Shown here: piece by piece, positions 9,418-20,089 of the stretch
Numbering within the stretch: position 1 is the stretch's first letter
Layout: each line of letters opens with the position of its first letter
DNA from: Candidatus Dojkabacteria bacterium UBA2259
GTDB lineage: Bacteria > Patescibacteriota > Dojkabacteria > SC72
Length of the DNA stretch: 64,000 nt
Direction of reading: 5' to 3'
Assembly (NCBI GenBank): GCA_002347605.1
Contig: DDXN01000001.1
Coordinates: 9,701 to 73,700, forward strand
Notes under the pieces: model-generated
Databases searched by the model: none
What the model was told of the DNA's origin: nothing
The model's input: the letters and a program-made list of their open reading frames with translations, nothing else
Position numbers and translations under genes: made by a program

Positions 9418-12400
9418 TTAAATTTTAATCTCTTCTAGATCCTTTATCTCTGTTAGCGCAGCACTCGCTCCAGATGGAATCCTTCTTCCAATTATTACAT
9501 TCTCTTTCATACCTCGAAGGAAGTCTGTCTTACCAAGAATTGCACTATTAGTTAAAACTCTTACCTGCTCTTGGAATGACATAGCCGAAAGGAAGCTTTC
9601 TGTATACAGTGCAGAGGCTTTAATACCAAGTAATTTTGGAACTATTCTAGCTTTTCTCTGTCCCTTATCTACAAGTATTCTGTTTTTTACATCTGATACA
9701 AACCTATTTACCATTGATCCAACCAAATACTCGGTATCCCCTGAGCTCATAACTTTTCCTAATCTTGCCATCTGTCTAATAATTACCTCAATATGAAGGT
9801 CATCAATTGCAACAGCTTGCTCATTGAAAACTTTCTGTACTTGATCAAGTATGTACTTTTGTGCAACCTGAAGACCAGCGACCTCTGCTAACTTCTTAGG
9901 GTCAACTGCACCACCTACAAGTTGTGTACCTGCCTCAATCTCTTGGCCATCATGAACCAAAATCTCAATATTTGGTAAAACAGATACGCTCTCTTCTGCT
10001 TTAACTGAGCCCGAAAGAGTTAATACTCCTCCCTCTATTTTCACATCACCCTCAAACGGTGCCTGTTTTTCCATCCCCTCAGAATCAATATATATAGCTT
10101 GACCACCCTTTACCTTAGCTCCATCAGTAACCAATACACTCTTAGCATCAGAAACAACTTCTTCTTTTATCATATCTCTCTTTCCTACAATTGTTATTGT
10201 TGCGGAATCATCTTCTGCCCTATCTATATGTACCTTTCCACTAATACTGGATATTTCGGCTTCTGCTTTTGGAGACCTTGCTTCAAACAACTCTTCAATC
10301 CTAGGCAATCCTTGTGTTATATCTGTGGTCTGAACACCTCCTTTATGGAATGTCTGCATAGTCATTTGGGTACCAGGTTCACCAATGGATTGAGCAGCAA
10401 TTACTCCAACAGCTTTACCCATTTCTATCTCTTCACCATTTTCCAGATTAAGACCGTAACACTTCTTACACATTCCTAAGGGTGATTTACATAGAATTGG
10501 TGTTCTAACAGATACCTCTTCAATTCCCTCATTGTTTATTTTTTCTGAAAGCTCTCTTGTAATCTGTTCGTTCTTTTTGATTATGACATTTCCTTTGGAA
10601 TCTTTTAAATCCTTTGCAACTACTCTTCCAAACAATCTTTTGTCAAATGGCATTCTTCTATCATCACTTCTTCTAATTGGGAATCCGTCTCCTTCATATC
10701 CACAATCGTCAACCCTAATTATTACATCATGTGCAACATCGACTAATTTTCTAGTTAAATAGCCTGAAGAAGAAGTCCTTAAAGATCTATCAGCAATACC
10801 TTTTCTTCCACCATTTGCTGAAACAAAGTATTCAAATGCATTAAGCCCATCTCTATAGTTTCCCTTAATTGGAAGTGGGACCCAATTTCCTCTAGAATCC
10901 CTAACTACACCTTTAATTGTTAATACCTGTCTTGCCTGAATCTTTCCACCATTTGCCCTTGATTCAACCATTTCATATACAGGATTATTCTTGTCCAATG
11001 TCTTCCATGCTTCATCTGCTAAATCAGAAGCAAAGTCATTCCACATCTCTGTAGAAAGATTAATCTTCTCTTTCTCAGTAATCAGTCCTTGAAGATAGTT
11101 TTCCTGGAGTTGAATATCCTTCTCTTCCATCTCTTTAATCTGAAGTTTTACATCAAAATCTACCTTACAATCTTCAGTACCAAATGAGAAACCAAGGTTA
11201 GTAGCAAATTTAAATCCCATTTCTTTGAGATTGTCTAAAAGCTCAACTACTACTTCTAAAGGATATTTATCCTTTATGCCTTCAACAATATGTGAGATTG
11301 TTTCTCCACTAACTCTTTCGTTAACAAATGGGTATCCTTGTGGCATGATACTGTTGAAAATACATCTCCCAACAGAAGTACTTACTACTTCTTCACCGAT
11401 TTTAACAAGTATCTCCTCACTTATACTAATAATCTCTCTTTCATATGCTTTTATTGCTAAATCAACTGAACCAAAGATTCTTGGTTTTTTACTCTCGTTT
11501 TTGTCAGTCATTAGGTAGAAACCAATTAACATATCTTTTGCTGGGGTAGCTAATACCTCGCCATTAGATATATTAACAATATTTCTAGATGCCATAATAT
11601 CTCTTTTAGCCTCTTCTAATGCCTCTTGGGTTAGAAGTACATGAACAGACATTTGATCTCCATCGAAGTCGGCATTGAAAGCTTTACATACTAATGGGTG
11701 TAACCTAATAGCTTCTCCCTCAACTAGCTTAGGATAGAAGGCTTGAATACTATATTTGTGTAGTGTAGGCGCACGATTCAGCAACACAGGTTTCCCATCT
11801 ATGACCTTTTCTAAGATATCCCATATCATATCCTCTTCCTCTTCTATCATGTCTTTTGCAACCCTAACATTTGGTGCAAACTCTTTATCTAATAGCTCGT
11901 GTATTACAAAGGGCTTGAACATCTCTAGTGCAACAGACTTTGGGATACCACACTGGTCTAATTTCAAGCTAGGGTCTCCAACAATAACGGCACGGCCAGA
12001 GTAGTCAACTCTTTTACCTAGAAGATTCTTTCTAAAGATTCCCTTTTTACCTCTTAAATCGTCCGTAAGTGATTGGTATGGTAATCTCTTACTGTTCATC
12101 ATAGCCTTAGATGGCCTATGAGAGTTATCTATTACAGCATCCACAGACTCTTGGAGCATTCTTTTCTCATTTCTTAATATTACATCTGGTGCTCCTATCT
12201 CAATCAATCTAGCTAACCTATTATTTCTGTTAATTACCCTCCTGTACAAATCATTTAAATCAGAAGTAGCAAATTTACCCCCTGAGAGAGGAATAATTGG
12301 CCTTAACTCTGGTGGAAGTACTGGCAGAATCTCAATAACCATCCAACTTGGGTCAATACCATTTTGATTAAAACCTTCTAGATACTGTATTCTCCTTATT

Positions 12401-13302
12401 GTAGAAAGTTTTTTATCTCCTTTCTCTTTCTTAACATCCCTTCTTAATCTTTCTAACTCTTCATCAACATTAAGATCTTTTAGAAGTTTCTTTACTGCCT
12501 CTGCACCCATCATCGCTGTAAAGAAAAGTAGCTCTCTATCATACAGATCAATATATTCATCCTCCGTTAATACTGACCCTATTTCAACTTTTTCAATAAT
12601 CTGCTGTAATTTAGAGTAGAAGTTATCAACCTCTTCCTCTCTCTCTGCGAAATCTTTTCTTACCTTTGCAACCGCCTGTTTTTTTCTGTGATCTAACTGG
12701 TTAATCTTAAAATCTGTTCCTCCCTTTTCCTTTTTGGAAGCTTTGATATCTGCATCGTATGTAGCCTCTGTTGCTTTTAACTCCTCTTCTAACTCAACCT
12801 TTAGGTCATTAAATTCATCTTTCTTTAACTTCTCAATCTTTGATACCATATCCTTTCTCTTGTCCTCTTCAATCTCTACCACCATATATCTTGTGTAGTA
12901 TATTACAGACAAGAGTTTCTTATGTGACATATCCAAAACGATAGACATCTTGTTAGGAATCCCATATGCAAACCAAACATGAGCCACAGGAACAGCTAAC
13001 TTGATATGGCCCATTCTCTCTCTTCTTACATCCTTAGTAGTAACTTCTACACCACACTTATCACAAACTATTCCCTTATATCTAATCTTTTTATACTTAC
13101 CACAGTAACATTCATAGTTTTTTGTAGGACCAAATATCTTTTCACAGAACAAACCATCTGGTTCAGCTCTAAATGTTCTGTAGTTGATTGTTTCAGCTTT
13201 TGTTACCTCTCCATATGACCAATCCAGTATCTGGTCAGAAGAGGCTAACGTTAGTCTTAATGCATCGAAATCTTCGAATGCGTTTTTAGTATGATTATTC
13301 AT
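9418..13302 (-). CDS. rpoC: DNA-directed RNA polymerase subunit beta-prime
   Basis: 1294 aa. Zn-binding CYCGKYKKIRYKGIVCDKCGVEV, the NADFDGD catalytic loop, and trigger-loop/bridge-helix regions are present. Confidence 0.97.
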   Translation of the reverse strand: MNNHTKNAFEDFDALRLTLASSDQILDWSYGEVTKAETINYRTFRAEPDGLFCEKIFGPTKNYECYCGKYKKIRYKGIVCDKCGVEVTTKDVRRERMGHIKLAVPVAHVWFAYGIPNKMSIVLDMSHKKLLSVIYYTRYMVVEIEEDKRKDMVSKIEKLKKDEFNDLKVELEEELKATEATYDADIKASKKEKGGTDFKINQLDHRKKQAVAKVRKDFAEREEEVDNFYSKLQQIIEKVEIGSVLTEDEYIDLYDRELLFFTAMMGAEAVKKLLKDLNVDEELERLRRDVKKEKGDKKLSTIRRIQYLEGFNQNGIDPSWMVIEILPVLPPELRPIIPLSGGKFATSDLNDLYRRVINRNNRLARLIEIGAPDVILRNEKRMLQESVDAVIDNSHRPSKAMMNSKRLPYQSLTDDLRGKKGIFRKNLLGKRVDYSGRAVIVGDPSLKLDQCGIPKSVALEMFKPFVIHELLDKEFAPNVRVAKDMIEEEEDMIWDILEKVIDGKPVLLNRAPTLHKYSIQAFYPKLVEGEAIRLHPLVCKAFNADFDGDQMSVHVLLTQEALEEAKRDIMASRNIVNISNGEVLATPAKDMLIGFYLMTDKNESKKPRIFGSVDLAIKAYEREIISISEEILVKIGEEVVSTSVGRCIFNSIMPQGYPFVNERVSGETISHIVEGIKDKYPLEVVVELLDNLKEMGFKFATNLGFSFGTEDCKVDFDVKLQIKEMEEKDIQLQENYLQGLITEKEKINLSTEMWNDFASDLADEAWKTLDKNNPVYEMVESRANGGKIQARQVLTIKGVVRDSRGNWVPLPIKGNYRDGLNAFEYFVSANGGRKGIADRSLRTSSSGYLTRKLVDVAHDVIIRVDDCGYEGDGFPIRRSDDRRMPFDKRLFGRVVAKDLKDSKGNVIIKKNEQITRELSEKINNEGIEEVSVRTPILCKSPLGMCKKCYGLNLENGEEIEMGKAVGVIAAQSIGEPGTQMTMQTFHKGGVQTTDITQGLPRIEELFEARSPKAEAEISSISGKVHIDRAEDDSATITIVGKRDMIKEEVVSDAKSVLVTDGAKVKGGQAIYIDSEGMEKQAPFEGDVKIEGGVLTLSGSVKAEESVSVLPNIEILVHDGQEIEAGTQLVGGAVDPKKLAEVAGLQVAQKYILDQVQKVFNEQAVAIDDLHIEVIIRQMARLGKVMSSGDTEYLVGSMVNRFVSDVKNRILVDKGQRKARIVPKLLGIKASALYTESFLSAMSFQEQVRVLTNSAILGKTDFLRGMKENVIIGRRIPSGASAALTEIKDLEEIKI

Positions 13303-16300
13303 TCTCTATGACCTCCTCAGACTTTTTAGAAATTAATTCCATATTTAAACAGAGAGCGTTTAGCTCTTTTATTAATACTTTAAAAGATTCTGGAACATTT
13401 ACACTCTCTATCTTCTCTCCATGAATTATAGCTTTGTAAGCACTAGACCTACCCTTTATGTCATCAGATTTAATTGTTAACATTTCTTGCAAAGCGTAAG
13501 GTGCACCATGAGATTCAAGTGCCCAGACTTCCATTTCTCCAAATCTCTGTCCACCTCTCTGAGCTTTTCCACTTAAAGGCTGTTGTGTTACTGCAGTATA
13601 TGGTCCAGTGGATCTAGCATGAACCTTTTCATCAGCAATATGGTGTAACTTTAATATATACTTCATACCTACTGTAACCTTTCGTGGGAATTTCTTACCC
13701 GTTCTACCATCGTATAGATCTGTTTTTTGTTCAATTTTATACCCCTGCTTCTTCATTTCCTTTTCTAACCACTCCATATTTACTTCCTCAAAAAGTGGGA
13801 ACGCAAATTTATCCTTAAGAAGTTTCGCATACAGTCCGAAGTGAACTTCCTCTGCTTGACCCATGTTCATTCTTTTTAAGAAAGTAGGTGTAAGAACAAT
13901 ATCAACTGGTTCCCCATCTGCTGTAAAAGGCATATCCTCAATTGGGCGAATTGCAGAAACAGTGTTTTTATCCCCATGTCTACCTGATATTTTATCTCCA
14001 TAACCTAATTTTTTAGTATCAGCAACCCATATCTTTACCTCTTCTAACACTCCAGGTGGTAATTTGTCTCCCTTGTTTGCAGAGAGTCTCTGAGAGTGTA
14101 TTACAATTCCTTCCTCTCCATGTGGTAATCGAAGCGAGTTATCTCGGACATCACTTGCAGACTCACCAAAGATTGCTCTAAGCAATCTTTCCTCAGCTGT
14201 TAATTCTTTTTCTCCCCTTGGTGCAATAACACCAACAAGAATGTCTCCTGCCTTTACTTTCATTCCTTCTCTTACTATTCCTAACATATCTAATTTTTGT
14301 AAAATCCTATCATTAACATGTGGAATATCAGCTGTAATTAACTCAGGTCCTAACTCTGTATCTCTTACTTCAACCTTATGCTCTCTAATGTTTATGGATG
14401 TTAAAAGATCATCTCTAACAATTCTTTCAGAGATAACCACAGCATCCTCATAGTTATACCCTTCATAGAACATTAAAGCTGCCCTAAGATTTATACCAAT
14501 AGCTAATTCACCTCCTACACATGTAGGTCCATCAACTATGGCATCTCCTTTTTTAAATTTCTGACCCAGTTTTACTGCTGACTTCTGTGAGAAAGACCTG
14601 TTATCATTTGTTCTGTAGAAGTTAACTAATTTGTAATCCTGTATCCCATTCTTTTTGTATTTAACAGTCACCCTGTTTGCATCAACATACGTGACCTCTC
14701 CATCGTCTATTGCAAATACTGACCAGTTAGATTGTCTTGCAACAATTTCTTCAACCCCAGTCCCAACTAATGGTGCCTCCTGTTTAACTAAAGGAACTCC
14801 CTGTCTCTGCATATTAGCACCGGCTAGTGCTCTCATCGCTTCGTCATGAGAAACAAATGGAATTAAAGCCATACCTAAACCTGCCTGTTGATATGTTAAT
14901 ACATCTACATGACTAACAAGATTAACATCCTCTAAAATGAAATCTCCTGCGTGTCTTACAGGAACTAATAGCTCAAGTATGTTGTTGTATTCATCAGTAT
15001 TAACAGATGGAATACTAATATATTTATCCTCTTCATCCAAAGCATCAAAGTAATCAACCTCTTCAGAGATGAAGGGCTTTACTTTAAGTGTCTTAATATC
15101 TTTTTTAGCAGTAATTTTTTCAGACAATTCTTTTGTAATCATTGTCCCACTCTTTGCGATTCCTTTTATATCCTCATCTAATATCCTGTTTAAGACCTCT
15201 GTTTTGGTATTCTTTACACTCTTTTTTACTCTTCTGTATGGAGACTCTAAAAATCCATACTCATTTACTCTTGCAAGAATGGAAAGCTGTGTAACTACAC
15301 CTATATTTGCACTCTCAGGACTTGTTACTGGGTCAAATTTCGCATACTGAGAGTTATGAACCTCACGAATTGAAAAGGTTGCCCTCTCTTTGACAATACC
15401 ACCAGGACCAGCAGCTGTAACTTTCCTTTTATGCTCTAATTCAGCTAGAATATTTGTTTGATCCATAAATGCAGAAAGCTGATTTGCACCAAAGAAAGAC
15501 TGAATGGAAGCTGCAATAGGTTTTGTACCAACTAACATAGATGGAGTAACCTTTGCATCCTGTCCATACAAACTCATTTTATCTTTGATATTCTTCTCTA
15601 ATCTTCTAATACCAGCAAGTAACTGTCTCTCTAATACTTCACCCACACTTCTAATTCTCCTATTAAAGAGATGGTCTATATCATCTGGTGCATCTACACC
15701 ATTATTTATTCTTATTAATTTCTTTACTATTAATATGATATCTTCCGGATACAAAACTGCTTCATCTGGTTTATTTACATCGTATGATGTTCCTAATTTT
15801 CTGTTTAACTGATATCTTCCAATTTTACCCAAATCAAACTTTCTTTTATTAAAGAAATTGCTCTTAATATATTTTTCTGCACTCTCTATGGTAACGGATT
15901 CGTCTGGTCTTAATTTGTTGTAAATACTAATAATTGCATCCTCTTTGCTCTTTGTAAAATCTCGAGCTAATGTAGCCTCTATATATTTGTACTCCTCATG
16001 TGTATCCACATCTTTAAAAAGTTTAAGAATCTCCTGATCACTCTCGTAACCAAGAAGTCTTAAAAATTCAGTAACTAATACCCTCGGTCTTTTAGGTAAT
16101 ATTCTCATTGAGATAACATTGTATTTATTTGTTTCTATCTCATACCAAGGACCTCTTCCAGGCATAAGTCTTGCTTTATACAAAGTTCTGTATGGAAGAA
16201 CATCTGCCTCTTCAAAGAGAACTCCCTCGGCTCTGACTATCTGGTGTGTAACAACTCTTCGAACACCATTAACTATAAAGGAACCATCATCTGTCATCAT

Positions 16301-16648
16301 TGGTAAATCTGCAACAAAAATCTCTTGCTCTTTAATCTCTCCTGTCTTGTTGTTTAGAAGTTGAACTGTTGCATATACAGGAATTTCATAGGAAAGCCCC
16401 TTTGCTAAAGCTTCCTCTATACCTCTGTACGGATCTCCATATCTGAAAGATTTGAATTCCAGTGTCCACATCCTCTCCATTGTGTCCTTTACTGGGTTGA
16501 TTTCCTCAAAGAGTCTATCAAAACCTCCGTCATAAAAATCTTTGAACGAAGATTTCTGAGCTTCTATTAGACTGGGTATCTCGAATGAAGAAGAGAAGCC
16601 TTTTCCGAGATTCAATCTAGAGGCTCTATTTCGCTTGGGTTCTATCAT
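13295..16648 (-). CDS. rpoB: DNA-directed RNA polymerase subunit beta
   Basis: 1117 aa. Rif-region and beta signature blocks are present (GPGGIVKERATFSIREVHNSQY..., KLHHIADEKVHARSTGPY). There is an 8-nt overlap with rpoC. Confidence 0.97.
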   Translation of the reverse strand: MIEPKRNRASRLNLGKGFSSSFEIPSLIEAQKSSFKDFYDGGFDRLFEEINPVKDTMERMWTLEFKSFRYGDPYRGIEEALAKGLSYEIPVYATVQLLNNKTGEIKEQEIFVADLPMMTDDGSFIVNGVRRVVTHQIVRAEGVLFEEADVLPYRTLYKARLMPGRGPWYEIETNKYNVISMRILPKRPRVLVTEFLRLLGYESDQEILKLFKDVDTHEEYKYIEATLARDFTKSKEDAIISIYNKLRPDESVTIESAEKYIKSNFFNKRKFDLGKIGRYQLNRKLGTSYDVNKPDEAVLYPEDIILIVKKLIRINNGVDAPDDIDHLFNRRIRSVGEVLERQLLAGIRRLEKNIKDKMSLYGQDAKVTPSMLVGTKPIAASIQSFFGANQLSAFMDQTNILAELEHKRKVTAAGPGGIVKERATFSIREVHNSQYAKFDPVTSPESANIGVVTQLSILARVNEYGFLESPYRRVKKSVKNTKTEVLNRILDEDIKGIAKSGTMITKELSEKITAKKDIKTLKVKPFISEEVDYFDALDEEDKYISIPSVNTDEYNNILELLVPVRHAGDFILEDVNLVSHVDVLTYQQAGLGMALIPFVSHDEAMRALAGANMQRQGVPLVKQEAPLVGTGVEEIVARQSNWSVFAIDDGEVTYVDANRVTVKYKKNGIQDYKLVNFYRTNDNRSFSQKSAVKLGQKFKKGDAIVDGPTCVGGELAIGINLRAALMFYEGYNYEDAVVISERIVRDDLLTSINIREHKVEVRDTELGPELITADIPHVNDRILQKLDMLGIVREGMKVKAGDILVGVIAPRGEKELTAEERLLRAIFGESASDVRDNSLRLPHGEEGIVIHSQRLSANKGDKLPPGVLEEVKIWVADTKKLGYGDKISGRHGDKNTVSAIRPIEDMPFTADGEPVDIVLTPTFLKRMNMGQAEEVHFGLYAKLLKDKFAFPLFEEVNMEWLEKEMKKQGYKIEQKTDLYDGRTGKKFPRKVTVGMKYILKLHHIADEKVHARSTGPYTAVTQQPLSGKAQRGGQRFGEMEVWALESHGAPYALQEMLTIKSDDIKGRSSAYKAIIHGEKIESVNVPESFKVLIKELNALCLNMELISKKSEEVIENE

Positions 16649-16860
16649 AGAACAGTGATTTATAGGTTATAAATTACATCCAACAAAGCGATAAATCCTA
16701 AACCACTCTAAAAATGATCTAGGAAAACTGTAATAACCGCTTTAATTAAAGCAAAAATTAGGTAACTTAGCGAGTCTATCACATTTGAACGATATAGTCA
16801 AAGGATTCTTACATCTTTTGCAATCCTTTTACATAAAGGATAATATATGTTGAGGAGTCT

Positions 16861-19113
16861 TTGTCAAAAGACCTATGTTCCTCTATTATTATATATATCT
16901 TTACTACGATGTCACGGAAGAAAAAAAAGAAAGAAATCAATATTAAAAGCTCAGAGACCAAAATATTCTTTGGTTTAGTACTTCTGGTGCTTGGTATTGC
17001 ATTGATTTTAACCCCCTTTATTAAAGACGAAGCCGATATCTTCATCTACATCTCAACTTTACTTGGGTGGCCATCAATGGTTTGGGGAATAGCCGTTAGT
17101 GCAATATCAATTAATTTACTTACTCAGGGTAAGAATTTTAATAAAAAGATTCAGATATTAGGATTTCTTCTTCTTTCTGTCTCACTTAACACCCTTTTAA
17201 CTTTCTGGATTCCTGTCGACACATTAGAAAACACAGCTACTTTGCAAAAAGCAGGTGGTACTCTTGGAAAAATTATTCATGTTGCACTAAATGATACAAT
17301 GGGCGATATTTTAGAGCTCATAATAGTACTAATAGTACTAATCGTTGCCTTCTCCTTCATAACTGGAATAGCCATTAAACAGATTGCAGAGGTAATTAGC
17401 CAACTCTTTACAAAGATTAATATAAATGATTTGAAGGGGAAAATTGGAAGTACTGTAAGTGAAGGGAAGATGATAATTAGTGGAGCAGATGGTGAGGATG
17501 ATGGCTTAGATATTGATCAAAACGAGCAGATACATATTCAAGAGGGTATCCACGAGATAGCCCAAAATCCTGTCATAGCTCCAATAAGTCCAATTCCTGT
17601 GGAACCGAACCTAGTTGATAACAACAAGAGTCACAATATTGATACTGCTCCTGCTAAACCAAAATATCTAAACTGGAAATATCCAAGTATTGATAAGTTA
17701 CAAGAACCCTTAAAAACAGAACAGCCAAAAGAGGTCTACAAAAATGAAGCAAGAGTAATTGAAAGTGTACTTAGAAGTTTTAAAATCCCTGCAAAAGTTG
17801 TAGAGATTACGATAGGACCAACCGTTGTAAGATACGCCCTTTCCATACCTGCTGGTGTTGCAGTAAATAGAGTTAAAAGACAAAGTAGCGATATAGAGGT
17901 GGCACTAAGAGTATCAAGAGGTATGATGAGAATAGAAGCCCCTATACCAGGTACATCATATATAGGAATAGAGATACCAAATAAGAGTCCTAACTACGTG
18001 TATATGAAAGAGATGGCTAGAAAACTCCTTTCAGAAGCAGATAGATATGAGCTTCCTCTAATACTTGGAAGGGATATTGCTGGAAAACCTGAAATTAGAG
18101 ATTTAGTTAATATGCCACATCTTTTAGTTGCAGGTATGACCAGAGCTGGAAAATCTGTAGGTATAAACTCCATACTTGGAGGTTTTCTTCTTTCTAAAAC
18201 ACCTGATGAATTAAGGTTACTTCTTGTAGACCCTAAAATTGTTGAAATGGAGGCATATAATGGGATACCACATCTACTTGCACCAGTTATTAACGATATG
18301 GAACTTGTTGTTAATGCACTGCAGTGGGCAATAGTTGAAATGATGAAAAGATATAGAATGTTAAAGCAGGTATTAACAAAAAATATTGTTCAGTACAATC
18401 AGAAAATGGGGTACCCTGCAATGCCATATTTAATAATCGTGATCGATGAAATGGCTGACTTAATGCTTGTTGCAGGACCAGAGGTTGAAGCAAAAATACA
18501 AAGAATTGCGCAAATGGGAAGAGCTGTTGGTATACACTTAATTCTAGCCACACAAAAACCCGTAGTTACAGTAATAACTGGATTAATAAAATCGAATATC
18601 TCAGGAAGAATAGCCTATGCAGTACCCTCTGCAATGGACTCTAGGGTAATACTTGACCAAACAGGAGCAGAAAATCTCTTAGGTAATGGTGATATGTTGT
18701 ATAAAGATCAAACAATGTCTAAACCAATCAGAATCCAAGGCTGCTTTATATCCACTGAAGATACAATGGATATTATTGAACAAATAAAGACACAGAGTAT
18801 TGAAGAAAACGAAGATGATAAAGTAGATATTATGAAATCTGTTAACTCCGGAATCGGAACCAGTGGGATATCAAACGAGCGAGACCCTGAGTTCCCTCAG
18901 GCACTCCAGGTAGTCATATCAGAGGGAAAAGCATCTGCATCTTTACTACAAAGGAGGTTAAGTATAGGGTACAACAAGGCAGCAAGACTAATGGAACAGC
19001 TTGAAAAGGCTGGCGCTATAGGTAAACAGGATGGAGTCAAACCAAGAGAAGTACTTGTATCATCTTCCTCTGATATCCTGGGAAAATCAGATGATATGTC
19101 GGAGGATTTCTAG
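16861..19113 (+). CDS. ftsK: DNA translocase FtsK/SpoIIIE
   Basis: N-terminal TM helices, a linker, a motor domain with Walker A GMTRAGKSVGINS and Walker B IIVIDEMADL, and a C-terminal gamma winged-helix (LLQRRLSIGYNKAARLMEQLEKAGAIG). The true start is probably the ATG at about 16909 (MSRKKKKK...). Confidence 0.9.
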   Translation: MSKDLCSSIIIYIFTTMSRKKKKKEINIKSSETKIFFGLVLLVLGIALILTPFIKDEADIFIYISTLLGWPSMVWGIAVSAISINLLTQGKNFNKKIQILGFLLLSVSLNTLLTFWIPVDTLENTATLQKAGGTLGKIIHVALNDTMGDILELIIVLIVLIVAFSFITGIAIKQIAEVISQLFTKININDLKGKIGSTVSEGKMIISGADGEDDGLDIDQNEQIHIQEGIHEIAQNPVIAPISPIPVEPNLVDNNKSHNIDTAPAKPKYLNWKYPSIDKLQEPLKTEQPKEVYKNEARVIESVLRSFKIPAKVVEITIGPTVVRYALSIPAGVAVNRVKRQSSDIEVALRVSRGMMRIEAPIPGTSYIGIEIPNKSPNYVYMKEMARKLLSEADRYELPLILGRDIAGKPEIRDLVNMPHLLVAGMTRAGKSVGINSILGGFLLSKTPDELRLLLVDPKIVEMEAYNGIPHLLAPVINDMELVVNALQWAIVEMMKRYRMLKQVLTKNIVQYNQKMGYPAMPYLIIVIDEMADLMLVAGPEVEAKIQRIAQMGRAVGIHLILATQKPVVTVITGLIKSNISGRIAYAVPSAMDSRVILDQTGAENLLGNGDMLYKDQTMSKPIRIQGCFISTEDTMDIIEQIKTQSIEENEDDKVDIMKSVNSGIGTSGISNERDPEFPQALQVVISEGKASASLLQRRLSIGYNKAARLMEQLEKAGAIGKQDGVKPREVLVSSSSDILGKSDDMSEDF

Positions 19114-19134
19114 ATTTGATATACTCTCTTTAAT

Positions 19135-20064
19135 ATGATAACTGCAGGAGAGGTAATCAAAAATAAAAGGGAGTCCCTTGGTAAAAATTTACATACTGTA
19201 AGTACAGATACAAAGATACAGCAAAGATTCCTAGAATATATTGAGAATAATGAGTTTAATAGGTTTGATTCTGAAATTTTTGCATCTGGATTTCTAAAAA
19301 TATATTCTAAATATCTTGGTTTAGATGAAGAAAAGATACTTGCACTTTACAGGAGAGGAAGACATCCAGTAACAAAAACAACTAAGAAAAACCAAATTAA
19401 CACCGTAAGAAAAAAATTGTCCATATCTCCTAAATCAATTGGCATAATTACTTTAATATTCTTTTTAGCCTCAATCATAGGATATATTGGATATCAGATA
19501 TACAAATTTCAAAAGCCCCCCGCATTAACAGTAACAGAACCCCTAAACGAATATGTCTCAAAAAAAGAGATCATTACAGTAAAAGGAAATACAGAGATAT
19601 CAACCCTTGTAGAAGTAAATGGCTCCCAAGCAACAGTGAACGAAACTGGTGAGTTTGAAATTGAATTGAAATTAAAAACTGGTGTGAATAGTATATCAGT
19701 AAAAGCTTGGAAAGAATCTAATACAAAATTACAGACAACTCATACCCTAAAAGTTATATATTCTCCAGAAGATGAGCTCCCTCTTGAAAATCAACAGGAA
19801 GAATTTCTACTTGTTCTGACAATATCTCAATCTCCTTCTTGGATAAAATTAGATATTGATGGAGAAAGTAAAATATCTCAAGTACTACAACCTAACACAC
19901 AACATGAATATCCTGTATTACAAGGATTCTCGTTGGTAACAGGTAGAATACAAAATACAAAATTACAAATAAATGAGGAGGAGCTTCAAATACCTTCTTC
20001 CAGTACAACTGGTATCGGGCAAATTACCTGCAAAATTGAAAATAACGAATTGTTATGCGAATAG
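19135..20064 (+). CDS. RodZ-like protein (N-terminal XRE-type HTH, single TM, C-terminal extracytoplasmic domain)
   Basis: The N-terminal HTH-like region (AGEVIKNKRESLGKNLHTVSTDTKIQQRFLEYIEN) plus the TM IGIITLIFFLASIIGYIGY and a beta-rich C-terminal domain match the RodZ/DUF4115 architecture. Confidence 0.5.
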   Translation: MITAGEVIKNKRESLGKNLHTVSTDTKIQQRFLEYIENNEFNRFDSEIFASGFLKIYSKYLGLDEEKILALYRRGRHPVTKTTKKNQINTVRKKLSISPKSIGIITLIFFLASIIGYIGYQIYKFQKPPALTVTEPLNEYVSKKEIITVKGNTEISTLVEVNGSQATVNETGEFEIELKLKTGVNSISVKAWKESNTKLQTTHTLKVIYSPEDELPLENQQEEFLLVLTISQSPSWIKLDIDGESKISQVLQPNTQHEYPVLQGFSLVTGRIQNTKLQINEEELQIPSSSTTGIGQITCKIENNELLCE

Positions 20065-20089
20065 TACCAAGAAATTGGTATAATTAGAG

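Noticed and set aside
13295-13302. rpoB/rpoC 8-nt overlap as anomalous
   Set aside because: Short overlaps between rpoB and rpoC are common translational coupling.
16649-16860. rpoB-ftsK divergent intergenic region as a special regulatory element
   Set aside because: It is AT-rich promoter-like sequence only. No convincing repeats, riboswitch-like structure or operator was recognised.
16809-17045. 78-aa minus-strand ORF upstream of / overlapping the ftsK start
   Set aside because: Antisense to the ftsK 5' region and extending into a poly-A/T run. No support.
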